A stretch of 64,000 nucleotides of DNA from an uncultured Clostridium sp. GTDB lineage: Bacteria; Bacillota; Clostridia; TANB77; CAG-508. Numbering within the stretch: position 1 is the stretch's first letter; each line of letters starts with the position of its first letter. Where the stretch lies: positions 24,879 to 88,878 of the forward strand of contig CAZDPV010000002.1 of NCBI GenBank assembly GCA_964507565.1. The letters are read 5' to 3'. A program made the position numbers and the translations under genes. Below are positions 25,135 to 36,100 of the stretch, piece after piece. Under the pieces are notes generated by a model. The model was not told the origin of the DNA. It saw nothing but the letters and a program-made list of their open reading frames with translations, and searched no databases.

Positions 25135-27311
25135 TAGAAGAAAATAATTTTGAAGAAATATTAAATTACATTGGACTAAATATGAATGAAAATTATCAAG
25201 AAGATAATCAAAAGCCTGAATATAATATTGCAAAAGCCTATGACAATAATGTTTTATATAAAATCTATAAAAAAATAAATATAAATGATATAGTTATTTT
25301 AATAAGCAATACAGATAGAACAACAGATATAAAAGAAAGATATGAAACTGCTAAACCAATATTCACATATATAAAGGAAAACAAAAATGATTTTAAAAAT
25401 ATAGTAGAAAGAGCATCTATACAAGAAATAAAAAAATTGGAAAACATACAAGAAGAATTTAAAACAAAAATACCATATTTTATAAAATATGATAAAAACT
25501 ATTTATGGCAGATTTATTACTCAAAAGCAGATGATAAATATTTTATGCTATTTCCAGCAAAAGAAGGAGAAACATCAGTAGTACTATACTTACTAAAAGA
25601 ACAATTAAAAAAAGAAGATAATTATATATATATACCAATCTGCAAAGAAGAATATAGTGAAGAAATACTGTCTAAAAAGCAAATAAGTGATATGGAAAAT
25701 TATATTTGGCTATTTACTAACCAATTTCCAACCACTTATGAATATACAACTACTGATGGTAGCAAAACATTATTCTTAATTGGAGAAACTAATATTCAAG
25801 AAAATTTAAAAACAAAATATAAAATAGAAATAAAAAATAAAGATGAAGCGGAAAAACAATATGCACTATTTAAAGCATTATTTATATTAACAACAGAAAC
25901 TAACTATAATTACGAATTTGAACCAAGACTTGATGAAATGGGAAAATTAGTTTTAACATACAATGATAAAATAATCTCATTTGATAATCTCGAGCAATTT
26001 ATTAAAACGGAAAACTTGGAAAAGAGAACATTGGAAAAGAGTTTAAACACGAAAATTGGAAATGAAAAAAAGTATTTAGAAGAACTAAAACAACAAATAA
26101 AAGAACAAACAGATACTTATGCAAAACAAGAGAAGCAAATTGTTATGTTTTTAAACTGCAAAAAAAGTTTTTTCAAGAGGATAAAGTTTTTTTTCTCTGG
26201 AAATAAAAAACTAAAATTAAAAATAAAAAATGATGAAGAATTACCAAAAAAAGATACAGACTTTGTTTCTGAAGAAGTAAAACAAGAAGAAAATAATCAG
26301 GAAGAAATAGTAAGTAGAACATATTCAATAGCTGACTTAATAAAAATCTGCACAGAAGCTAAGAAAATAATAGAAGAAGAAAAAAACATAAGTGCAGATA
26401 TAAAAGCATTAGAGCTAAAAAAAGAAAATATGATTAGAAAAATAGAAAACGCACAAAATTATATTGAAGAAATAGAAAAACACAAGAAAAGTATCTTTGA
26501 CTTTTGGAAATTTACTAATAAGGATAATTTACCAGAACTATCGGTAGGAGAAAAAAAAGAAGTCGAAGCAAAAGTGAAAATTGGTTTTAATTTTGAAGAA
26601 GATTTACCAGAACTTATGATAAAGGCTGATGAATTGCAAAGAAGAAAACTTTCAATAGATGAATGTAACTCTATTTATTTATGCGATAAAATTTTGCCAG
26701 CAATAAATAGCTCAATTTGTAAATGTGATACATACAAAATTGGAGAGGAATATGAAAAATTAGTTAAAGAGTATTCGCCAATAAATAAAATATCTGAATT
26801 ATTTGGTGGAATTGAAGATGACTATACTAAAATAAAAACTTTGAATAATAGAAAGCATAGAGAAAACCAAAAGAATATTTATTCAATTTTAAAAATAAAT
26901 CAAACCACAAGCGTTGATGATTTTAAAAATATAATAAAAGAAAAATCAAGACTTGTGAATGAAGCATATCAAAAAATCACTTCAATTTGCAGTATGCCTA
27001 TTTATTATACAAATAAACAAAAAGGATTTACAATTGGAAATATAAATCCGTACAAATTATTTCAAGAATTGGAATGTAATAAAATATATAAAATGAATCT
27101 AAATGAAAATTCACATATTTTATATATGAGCAATATCATATTTTATGATAATTACAATAAAACTTTACCACTAGGAATGGATGAGTCAACTGAAGTAATA
27201 ATAAAAGTCGGAGAAAATAGAAAAATCTCGGAAAAAAATATAAATATCTTAATAGAAAAAGATTTATACAATGTTGAAATAAAGCAAATAAAACTAATAG
27301 AGGAACAGTAA
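25113..27311 (+). CDS. Hypothetical 732-aa protein (central K/E-rich coiled coil), translationally coupled to the ThrRS paralog
   Basis: Its start overlaps the upstream stop by 22 nt. No recognisable motifs. Confidence 0.4.
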   Translation: MQQDSKVIEENNFEEILNYIGLNMNENYQEDNQKPEYNIAKAYDNNVLYKIYKKININDIVILISNTDRTTDIKERYETAKPIFTYIKENKNDFKNIVERASIQEIKKLENIQEEFKTKIPYFIKYDKNYLWQIYYSKADDKYFMLFPAKEGETSVVLYLLKEQLKKEDNYIYIPICKEEYSEEILSKKQISDMENYIWLFTNQFPTTYEYTTTDGSKTLFLIGETNIQENLKTKYKIEIKNKDEAEKQYALFKALFILTTETNYNYEFEPRLDEMGKLVLTYNDKIISFDNLEQFIKTENLEKRTLEKSLNTKIGNEKKYLEELKQQIKEQTDTYAKQEKQIVMFLNCKKSFFKRIKFFFSGNKKLKLKIKNDEELPKKDTDFVSEEVKQEENNQEEIVSRTYSIADLIKICTEAKKIIEEEKNISADIKALELKKENMIRKIENAQNYIEEIEKHKKSIFDFWKFTNKDNLPELSVGEKKEVEAKVKIGFNFEEDLPELMIKADELQRRKLSIDECNSIYLCDKILPAINSSICKCDTYKIGEEYEKLVKEYSPINKISELFGGIEDDYTKIKTLNNRKHRENQKNIYSILKINQTTSVDDFKNIIKEKSRLVNEAYQKITSICSMPIYYTNKQKGFTIGNINPYKLFQELECNKIYKMNLNENSHILYMSNIIFYDNYNKTLPLGMDESTEVIIKVGENRKISEKNINILIEKDLYNVEIKQIKLIEEQ

Positions 27312-27339
27312 CACCATACATAATAAGAATGGATTATAA

Positions 27340-27395
27340 AATGAGGTTGTAAAATATGATGTGCTAATTATAAAAATAACACCATATTTACAACC
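27340..27395. terminator. Bidirectional hairpin terminator between convergent genes
   Basis: A long inverted repeat (aggttgtaaaatatgatg...caccatatttacaacct) lies between the + strand ORF and spoIVA (-). Confidence 0.5.
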
Positions 27396-27443
27396 TTAAT
27401 AGTTTCTAATAAATATATATCCAAGCTTAATAGGTAATGAGAA

Positions 27444-28925
27444 TTACAATATAATGCAAATCAATCCTCCAGAACCCTCATTTACAATACGCTCTAATGT
27501 CTGCTGTAATTTTACTTGAGCATCTTCAGGCATACATGCCAGTTTGTTTTGAAGACCTTCATTAACAAGCTCATGTAAACTTCTACCAAATATATTAGAC
27601 TCCCAAATTTTCTTGGGATCATTTTCAAACTGAGAAAGAAGATATTTTACTAAATCTTCAGATTGTTTTTCACTTCCAACAATAGGAGAAATTTCAGTTT
27701 CAACATCAGTTTTAATTAAATGAATTGAAGGTGCTTTTGCTTTTAACTTTACTCCAAATTTAGAACCTTGTTTAACCATTTCAGGTTCATCTAAAATTAA
27801 ATCTTCCATAGAAGGTGTAATAATTCCATATCCCTTAGCTTTAACTTCCTCTAATGCGGGTTCAATCTTATCATATTCTGTTTTAATTTTAGAAAATTTA
27901 TAAAATGTTGAAAACAGTTCAAATTCATTGGAAATTGTTTGACCTGACATTTCTGTAAGTACCTTATAGAACAAATCGGATTTTACATTCATAGTAACTG
28001 TAACATTTCCATTCCCAAGATTTATTTCATCGACTGAACTTGACGTTACAATGTTACTTTCAGGCATTGATGCAACTGTAGCACTTACTTGTTTTATAAT
28101 TCTTACGTTTTGAAAATCTGTTTTTATTTCTTTAAACATTTCTTTTCTTAACCAGTGATCAAACCCAAGGGCATCAATCCATTTAGGATAATTTATGTTA
28201 ATTCTCTGTGTTGGAAATTCATACAACATTTTACCGAATATTTCATTTACATTATCTATATTTAGATTTGCACAGTCCATTGAAATAACAGAAACTCCAT
28301 ACTTCTCCTGTAAGGAATTAGCTAAATCCTTTGAATAATCAGAGTTCGGGTCAACACTATTTAAAACAATTACGAATGGTTTATTTAGAGATTTTAATTC
28401 TTTTGCAACTCTTTCTTCTGCTAAAATGTAATCATCACGAGGAATTCCAGAAAAGCTTCCATCTGTTGTTACTAAAATGCCAACTGTTGAATGATCTTGA
28501 ATTACTTTTTTTGTGCCTATTTCAGCTGCTTCTTCAAAAGGAATTTCATCAGCAGACCACGGAGTTTTTACCATTCTTGGAATATCATTTTCTAAATATC
28601 CAATAGCATTACTAACCAAATATCCAACGCAATCAACAAATCTTGCTTTAAATTTCACATTTCCGTTAACAGTAATTGGAACAGCCTCATTAGGAATAAA
28701 TTTGGGTTCTGTAGTCATTATTGTTTTTCCAGAACCACTTTGAGGCATTTCATCTAAAGTTCTTTCTCTTTTATATTGATTGTCAATATTAGGAATTACA
28801 AGTAAATCCATAAAATTTTTAATAAACGTGGACTTACCAGTCCTTACTGGACCAACAACACCAACATAAATGTCACCATCTGTACGCTTTGCAATATCTT
28901 CATATAATTTTGAATTGTCCTCCAT
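27444..28925 (-). CDS. spoIVA: Stage IV sporulation protein A
   Basis: The N-terminus DIAKRTDGDIYVGVVGPVRTGKSTFIKNFMDLLVIPNI matches the SpoIVA Walker A region. Length is 493 aa. Confidence 0.9.
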   Translation of the reverse strand: MEDNSKLYEDIAKRTDGDIYVGVVGPVRTGKSTFIKNFMDLLVIPNIDNQYKRERTLDEMPQSGSGKTIMTTEPKFIPNEAVPITVNGNVKFKARFVDCVGYLVSNAIGYLENDIPRMVKTPWSADEIPFEEAAEIGTKKVIQDHSTVGILVTTDGSFSGIPRDDYILAEERVAKELKSLNKPFVIVLNSVDPNSDYSKDLANSLQEKYGVSVISMDCANLNIDNVNEIFGKMLYEFPTQRININYPKWIDALGFDHWLRKEMFKEIKTDFQNVRIIKQVSATVASMPESNIVTSSSVDEINLGNGNVTVTMNVKSDLFYKVLTEMSGQTISNEFELFSTFYKFSKIKTEYDKIEPALEEVKAKGYGIITPSMEDLILDEPEMVKQGSKFGVKLKAKAPSIHLIKTDVETEISPIVGSEKQSEDLVKYLLSQFENDPKKIWESNIFGRSLHELVNEGLQNKLACMPEDAQVKLQQTLERIVNEGSGGLICIIL

Positions 28926-29119
28926 TTTAAACCTCCTTTAGAGCGTTTGTACAAAACTTTATTAAAGTATATTAGACTTTTCAAAAAGTTATGACTAATT
29001 TAACAAAGAAAAAAATATTGCATAATATATTGTAATGTGATAAAATGTGAAAAGTTATTTAACAACACGTGCAAAGCTAAGCAAAAAATGATTGAATACA
29101 GATAGAAAGGACTTTAATA

Positions 29120-30364
29120 ATGATGGAAAATTATAAGGAAAAGTTAGAAAAATATAAACAAACTCACTTACTAAAATACTTAGAAATGTGTAATAACAAC
29201 CAACAAAGTCAACTAATAGACGAAATTGAAAATTTAGATTTTGAAACATTAAACAGATTGTATGAAATAAGTAATAGAAATAATGATAAAGCTATTTCAA
29301 GTTGTATAATAGAACATACAAAATTTTCCGATAAATATAAAATGTCAGAAGGAGAATTTAAAGACTTAAAGAAAATAGGAGAAGACACAATAAAAAATAA
29401 TCAATATGCTGTTGTTACTATGGCTGGAGGGCAAGGAACCAGATTAGGCCATGATGGACCAAAAGGAACCTTTCTTTTAAATGTAGAACCAAAACCAAAG
29501 TATTTATTTGAAATTATTGCTGATGGTTTGAAAAAGGCTAACGAAAAATACAATGTTACTTTACAATGGTACATAATGACAAGTTCTGAAAACAATGAAA
29601 AAACAAAGAATTTTTTTGAAGAACATAATTATTTTGATTATCCAAAAGATAAGGTAATGTTCTTTAAACAAGGAAACCTACCTCTTTTAAGTCAAGAAGG
29701 AAAAGTACTTATTGATGAAAATTTTAATATAAAGTTAGCAGCAGATGGAAATGGTTGCATATATAAAGCAATGAAAAAAGATGGAGTACTTAACGATATG
29801 AAAAGTAAAGGAATTAAGTGGGTGTTCATTGGAGCCGTTGATAATGCGTTACTAAATATGGTTGACCCAATATTATTAGGTCTTACAATAAATGATTGCA
29901 ATGAAATAGGATCAAAATCAGTAGTTAAGGCAAATCCACATGAAAAAGTTGGAGTTTTCTGCAAGAAAAATAATGCACCAGCTGTTATTGAATATACTGA
30001 ACTACCAGAAGAAATGGCAGAAGAAACAGATGAGGATGGAGAATTATTATTTGGAGAATCACATATTATGTGTAATTTATATAGTCTTAAAGCACTAGAA
30101 AAGATTAGTAGCATGGAACTTCCATATCATAGTGCACATAAAAAAGCAAGCTATATGAAAGAAAATGGAGAAATGTTTATTGCAACAGAGCCTAACGCAT
30201 ATAAATATGAGGCATTCATATTTGATGGATTTAACTATTTTGATGATATTTCAATATTAAGAGGAAGAAGAGAAGAAGACTTTGCACCTATTAAAAATAA
30301 AGAAGGAAACGATAGTCCAAAAACAGCTGCAAAATTATATAATGAATATTGGGGCAGAAAATAA
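29120..30364 (+). CDS. UDPGP-family nucleotide-sugar pyrophosphorylase (UAP1/UGP-like)
   Basis: AVVTMAGGQGTRLGHDGPKG matches the UDPGP signature LAGGQGTRLG...PKG. Confidence 0.65.
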   Translation: MMENYKEKLEKYKQTHLLKYLEMCNNNQQSQLIDEIENLDFETLNRLYEISNRNNDKAISSCIIEHTKFSDKYKMSEGEFKDLKKIGEDTIKNNQYAVVTMAGGQGTRLGHDGPKGTFLLNVEPKPKYLFEIIADGLKKANEKYNVTLQWYIMTSSENNEKTKNFFEEHNYFDYPKDKVMFFKQGNLPLLSQEGKVLIDENFNIKLAADGNGCIYKAMKKDGVLNDMKSKGIKWVFIGAVDNALLNMVDPILLGLTINDCNEIGSKSVVKANPHEKVGVFCKKNNAPAVIEYTELPEEMAEETDEDGELLFGESHIMCNLYSLKALEKISSMELPYHSAHKKASYMKENGEMFIATEPNAYKYEAFIFDGFNYFDDISILRGRREEDFAPIKNKEGNDSPKTAAKLYNEYWGRK

Positions 30365-30453
30365 TACAAACTAACAAGTTTTAAATAGCAAATATCAAAT
30401 AATTTTAAGAAATAGCTTCAGAATTGATTTTAAATAAATAGATTGGAGAAAAA

Positions 30454-31119
30454 ATGGAAGAGTGTAAAATTAAAAACCTTTATAATCTGGATGAAACAAT
30501 AGCAAAAGAGCTGTTAGAAGAATATGAATATCCATGGGAAGTATTACCTAACATTAGTGACTTTATTTTAAAACTTGGCAATAAACTACCTAAAGAAGAG
30601 TACAATAAAATAGGAGAAGATGTGTGGATACATAAAACAGCCAATGTATTTCCATCAGCATATATAAAAGGACCTGCTATAATTTGTGCTGGAGCTGAAA
30701 TAAGACATTGTGCTTTTATTAGGGGAAAAGCAATAGTAGGAGTTGGTGCGGTTGTTGGAAATTCTACAGAATTAAAAAATGTAATATTATTTAATAAGGT
30801 ACAAGTACCACATTACAACTATGTTGGAGATTCAATTTTGGGATACAAATCACATATGGGTGCAGGATCTATTACGTCTAATGTTAAATCAGACAAAAAG
30901 CTTGTAGTTATAAAAGGAAGTAAAGAAAAAATTGAAACTGGAATTAAAAAAATAGGAGCAATGATAGGCGATAATGTTGAAGTTGGATGTGGAAGCGTTT
31001 TAAATCCAGGAACAGTAATTGGTAGAAATACAAATATTTATCCTTTATCTTCAGTAAGAGGAGTAGTTCAACAAGATATGATTTACAAAAACAAAAACGA
31101 AATTGTGAAAAAAGCTTGA
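30454..31119 (+). CDS. Hexapeptide-repeat (left-handed beta-helix) transferase, GlmU C-terminal-like
   Basis: Repeated [LIV]-G-x-x-x-x-[LIV] hexapeptides (IKGPAIICAGAEIRHCAFIRGKAIVGVGAVVGNST...). Confidence 0.55.
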   Translation: MEECKIKNLYNLDETIAKELLEEYEYPWEVLPNISDFILKLGNKLPKEEYNKIGEDVWIHKTANVFPSAYIKGPAIICAGAEIRHCAFIRGKAIVGVGAVVGNSTELKNVILFNKVQVPHYNYVGDSILGYKSHMGAGSITSNVKSDKKLVVIKGSKEKIETGIKKIGAMIGDNVEVGCGSVLNPGTVIGRNTNIYPLSSVRGVVQQDMIYKNKNEIVKKA

Positions 31120-31171
31120 CAAATAGGGAAAAAATAAGTATAATTAAAACATACATAAGAGATAGCAAAGA

Positions 31172-31852
31172 GTGGAAACAAATTCCACTCTTTCATTTAT
31201 GCTAAAAGATAGAAAATTTTTAAATATTAAAATAAATGGAAGGAATAATATTAAGAAGATGACAGGTATAGAAGTTAAAATAAGCGAGTGTATTCAGCCA
31301 ATTATAACAAATCTTGGATATGAATTATATGATGTTATCTATGAAAAGGAAGGCAGAGATAATTATTTAAGAATATACATAGACAGTTCGCAGGGAATTA
31401 GTTTAAATGATTGTGAGAATGTTAATAATAATATAACTGAAGTACTAGACGAGAAAGACTTTATAAAATCACAATATTTTTTGGAAGTATCATCAACAGG
31501 CGTTGAAAAGAGACTAAGAAGTGATGAACAACTAGAAAAAAACATTGGAAATAAAATAGAAGTACATACATATAAAGCAATAGAAAATATGAAGGTTCTA
31601 ATAGGAATATTAAGAAATAATTCTAGCCAAGATATAACTCTTGAACTTGTAGAAAATCAAACTGACAAAAGTAAAACAGAAAAATCAAAAGAAAAAAAGA
31701 AAAAGTCAAAAAGCAATGAGAATAATGTTCTACCACAAAATGAAGACAAATTATTGGTAAAAACAGATAACTCAGAAGTAACAAATATAATAAAAATAAA
31801 TAAAAGTAATATTTCAAATATGAAAACAGTTTTTAATTGGGAGGAAATGTAA
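31172..31852 (+). CDS. rimP: Ribosome maturation factor RimP with a K/E-rich C-terminal extension. The true start is probably the internal ATG at about 31259 (MTGIEVKISE...).
   Basis: Core IQPIITNLGYELYDVIYEKEGRDNYLRIYID matches RimP, and the gene lies immediately upstream of nusA. Confidence 0.7.
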   Translation: METNSTLSFMLKDRKFLNIKINGRNNIKKMTGIEVKISECIQPIITNLGYELYDVIYEKEGRDNYLRIYIDSSQGISLNDCENVNNNITEVLDEKDFIKSQYFLEVSSTGVEKRLRSDEQLEKNIGNKIEVHTYKAIENMKVLIGILRNNSSQDITLELVENQTDKSKTEKSKEKKKKSKSNENNVLPQNEDKLLVKTDNSEVTNIIKINKSNISNMKTVFNWEEM

Positions 31853-31853
31853 A

Positions 31854-33047
31854 ATGAAAAAGAAAGAAGTAAAAATAGTTAACAAAGGTATAGATATGAC
31901 AGAGCTAATGTCTGCAATGAATGAATTAGAAAAGAATAATGGAATAAAGAAAGAATTTCTAATGGAATCAATTGAAACTGCATTATTAGTAGCATATAAA
32001 AGAAATTTTGATTCTGCAGATGAAAATATCAAGGTAATAATAGATAAAATAGATGGACAAATGCACGTATATCAAGAAAAAGATATTGTAGAAAATGTTG
32101 AAGATGATAAAAAAGAGATTTCATTAGAAGATGCAAATAAAAAAGGTAATAAATACGAATTAGGAGATAAATTCGAAATTGAGCTTATGCCTAAAGAATT
32201 TGGAAGAATTGCCGCACAAACAGCAAGACAAGTGATAACTCAAAAAATAAGAGAAGCTTCAAGAGATGTTATATTTAAGGAGTTTGAAAATAAAAAAGGC
32301 GAAATAATGACAGGGTTAGTTCAAAAAGCAGATGGAGGAGCCATTGTTCTTGATTTAGGAAGAATAGAAGGAATAATGCCAAGAAAAGAACAAATACCAA
32401 CTGAAAGATATTCTGTAAATGATAAAATTAAAGCATGTATAATAAGTGTTGAAAAGGGAGTTAAGGGTTCTACTCAAATACTACTATCAAGAGCAAGTAT
32501 TGAATTTGTTAGAAAATTATTTGAAATAGAAATTCCTGAAATATATGAAGGCCTTATAGAAATAAAGAGCATTTCAAGAGAAGCAGGAGCAAGAAGCAAA
32601 ATTGCTGTATACTCTCCAAACCCCAATATTGATCCAGTTGGCTCTTGTGTTGGACAAAAGGGAATACGTATTCAAAATATAATAAATGAATTAAATGGAG
32701 AAAAAATAGACGTAATCGAATGGAATGAAGATCCATCAATATTTATATCTACTGCATTATTACCTGCGAAAGTATTAGCTGTTGACATAAAAGAAGAAGA
32801 CAAATTTGCACAAGTAATTGTACCAGATGATCAATTATCTTTAGCAATAGGTAAAGGTGGTCAGAATGCTAAATTAGCTGCAAGACTTACTAATTGGAAA
32901 ATTGATATAAAGAGCGAATCTCAATTTAGAAAAATGATAGAAGATAGCCAAGAGGAACAAAATCAAGTAGAAACTGTCGATGAAAATATATTAGAAGATG
33001 ACGAAATACCTGATAATGAAAATCAATCAGAAAAAGAAGAAGAATAG
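31854..33047 (+). CDS. nusA: Transcription termination/antitermination factor NusA
   Basis: S1 and KH domains are present (GEIMTGLVQKADGGAIVLDLG; GSCVGQKGIRIQNIINELNGEKIDVIEW), with an acidic C-terminal tail. Confidence 0.9.
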   Translation: MKKKEVKIVNKGIDMTELMSAMNELEKNNGIKKEFLMESIETALLVAYKRNFDSADENIKVIIDKIDGQMHVYQEKDIVENVEDDKKEISLEDANKKGNKYELGDKFEIELMPKEFGRIAAQTARQVITQKIREASRDVIFKEFENKKGEIMTGLVQKADGGAIVLDLGRIEGIMPRKEQIPTERYSVNDKIKACIISVEKGVKGSTQILLSRASIEFVRKLFEIEIPEIYEGLIEIKSISREAGARSKIAVYSPNPNIDPVGSCVGQKGIRIQNIINELNGEKIDVIEWNEDPSIFISTALLPAKVLAVDIKEEDKFAQVIVPDDQLSLAIGKGGQNAKLAARLTNWKIDIKSESQFRKMIEDSQEEQNQVETVDENILEDDEIPDNENQSEKEEE

Positions 33048-33179
33048 AAGTAAAACTAATTAAAAGGAATAATATTCAAATGTTTTATATAAAATATAAG
33101 GAAAATGTAAGAGGTGTAATATTGAGAAAGTTTAATAAAGGGACAAATCAAAATAAAAAAATGGGAGGTGAAGAATAAT

Positions 33180-36100
33180 ATGAGTAAAACAAAAATATAT
33201 GAATTAGCAAAAGAATTAAATGTAGAAAATAAGAAACTAGTAGAAATGGCTCAAAAATTGGGGATAAAAGCAACAAGTCATTTAAGTGGAATAGAAGATA
33301 GTGATGTAGAAAAAATAAAAAATAATATATCAAAAAATACATCATCTGAAAAAGAAGCAAAGAAACAAACAATCCAAAGCCCTTCTAGTAAAGATAAAAA
33401 AGTCGAAGCAAAAAAAATTAACTCTTCAAAAAATAATAAAAAGAAAAGTTCTTCAAACAAAAGCAATGAAGTAATGAATGAAAAAAGTAAAGAAGAGCAA
33501 AAGGGAGAACAGGTTAAAAAGACAGAATCGATAAATGTAAAAAAAGAAAGCAAAGATAGTTCAAAAAAAGAAGAAATAAAAACAACGGGTCATGTTATTA
33601 TAAGAAGAGAAGTAATTGTTGAAGAAGAAAAGAAAAATTCAAAACCAGTAAGAGAAAATAAAAATGGTATTGGATTTACTGAAAGACGCAACAAGGATTT
33701 TAATATTGTTTACAGAGAAAAGCCTGTAAAACCAATGACAGTAAATGAATTATTTGGAATAAAACCTAAAATAGCACCTAAAAAAGAAGAGCCTATTGCT
33801 TCTAATGAAGAACCAAAACAAATTGCTGAAAAAGAATTAAAATCTGTTGACCAAAATCAAAAAACATTAGATGATAAAAAAGTTATAATTAAAGAAGAAT
33901 CAGCTAAAAATGAAAATCAAGAAGAAAACAAACAGTCAAACGATAGAAACAATAAAAATGATTTTCAAAGAAATAATACTGTAAATAGAAATAATAGAAC
34001 TGAAAATGGTTTTAATAATAAAGATATGAATGGCTATAATAGAGATAATAGAAATAACAGAGAGTCTGGTTCATATAATAGAGACAATAGAAATTATAGA
34101 GATTCAAAAGATTCAGCAACATATAATAGAGATTCTGGCAATCCAAACAGAGAGTATAGAAATAACAATTATAACAACAGAAATAATAATTTCAACAATA
34201 ACAGAAGTAATTTCGGAAGAGATAATAGCAACAATAGAGATAATAACTTTGGAAGAAATAATTATAACAATAATAGAAGTAATTTTGGAAGAGATAATTA
34301 CAATAACAGAGATAACAACTCTTTCCAAAGAAATGTACAAAACAATCAAGACAGAGGATATTCAAGACAAAATGACAATGATTCTAGCAATACATTTAGA
34401 CATAATGATAGATTTGGAAATAGAAATCCAAATAGCAATTTTAATAGAAGTAATAACTCTGGATTTAATAATCATGTTGGAAACGGAACAAATTTTGCCA
34501 ATAGAGGAAATGGAACATTCCAAAGAAATAACAACAATGGATTTAAAAAGGATTTCAGAAAGCCTGGCATGGGACATTCTACAATTGATAAAGATATTAA
34601 GGATATTGTTTCAGTTGATTTTGGAGAAAAAGATAATCAAAGAGATTATAGTACAAAAATAATAGACAAACAAAAGGCAAATAGAAATTTTGATGACAAG
34701 AAAAAGACATCAAAAAGTAGAAGAAATGATGGTGAAGAGAATTTTGATGAAGACAAATTAAGAAACCTTAAACAAGTTGATAAACTTTCTAACATGTTTG
34801 AAGATCAAGAAGGTGGAATGTTAGATTATTATGATTTAACAACCGAAAGAGGAAAGAAAAATAAGAGAAAGATTAAGAGAAATGAAGATAGAAATAAGCA
34901 AAAAATCTTTGAACTAAAATCTATTCTAATTCCTGAAACTATTTCTGTAAAAGATTTGGCAGCAGAACTTAAAAAAACAAGTACAGAAGTTATAAAAAAA
35001 TTATTTGACTTGGGAATAATGGCATCAATAAATCAATCTTTAGATTTTGATACAGCATATCTTGTAGCGGATGGATTTGGTGTATATGCAACTAAAAAAG
35101 AAGTTGTAAAGGATGAAGACATACTATTTGATGACACAGACGATAAAGAGCAAGACTTACAAGACCGTCCACCAGTAGTAGTAGTTATGGGTCACGTTGA
35201 TCATGGAAAAACTTCTTTACTTGATGCAATTAGAAAAACAAATGTAATTGAAGGAGAAGCTGGAGGAATTACACAACATATTGGTGCGTATAAGGTAAAT
35301 GTTAATGGAAGAGAAATAACATTCTTAGATACTCCAGGTCACGAAGCATTTACAAGTATGCGTGCAAGAGGAGCACAAATAACAGATATTGCAATATTAG
35401 TAGTTGCAGCAGATGATGGTGTTATGCCTCAAACAATCGAAGCTATTAACCATGCTAAATCAGCTGGAATTCCAATAATTGTTGCTGTAAATAAAATTGA
35501 TTTACCAGGAGCAAATGTTGAAAAAGTAAAACAAGAGTTAATGAAATATGAGCTAGTTCCAGAAGAGTGGGGAGGAGATACAATTTTTGTACCAATCTCA
35601 GCTAAAAACAATATAAACATAGACAATTTACTAGAAATGGTATTATTAGTTGCAGATATGCAAAACCTTAAAGCTGATCCGAATAGACAATCTAAAGGTA
35701 CTGTTATTGAAGCTAGACTAGATAAGGCACAAGGACCAATAGCATCTGTATTAGTACAAAGAGGAACATTAAATGTTGGTGATACAATTATTCTTGGAAG
35801 TTCAATTGGAAAAATTAGAACAATGAAGAATGATAAAGGTAAGAATGTTAAAGAAGCAGGACCATCTACACCAGTTGAAATAACAGGATTGCATGATGTA
35901 CCAGAAGCAGGAGACACATTCTACGAAGTAAAAAATGAAAAGGTTGCTAAACATTTAATAGAACAAAGAAAACTTGAAAATCGTGAAAAGGCAATAGAAA
36001 ATACAGACACAGTAACATTAGACAATTTATTTGAGAAGATGGAAAGTGAAGAACTAAAACAATTAAGTATTATTTTAAAGACAGATGTTCAAGGAACAGC

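Noticed and set aside
28331-28743. Two + strand ORFs (91 and 76 aa) antisense to spoIVA
   Set aside because: They lie entirely within the well-supported spoIVA coding region on the opposite strand and have a low-complexity Leu/Phe-rich composition typical of antisense AT-rich frames.
34030-34662. 210-aa + strand ORF made of I/E/T repeats inside infB
   Set aside because: It is an alternative frame of the infB low-complexity repeat region. The infB frame has clear IF-2 homology, so the overlapping ORF is a compositional artefact.
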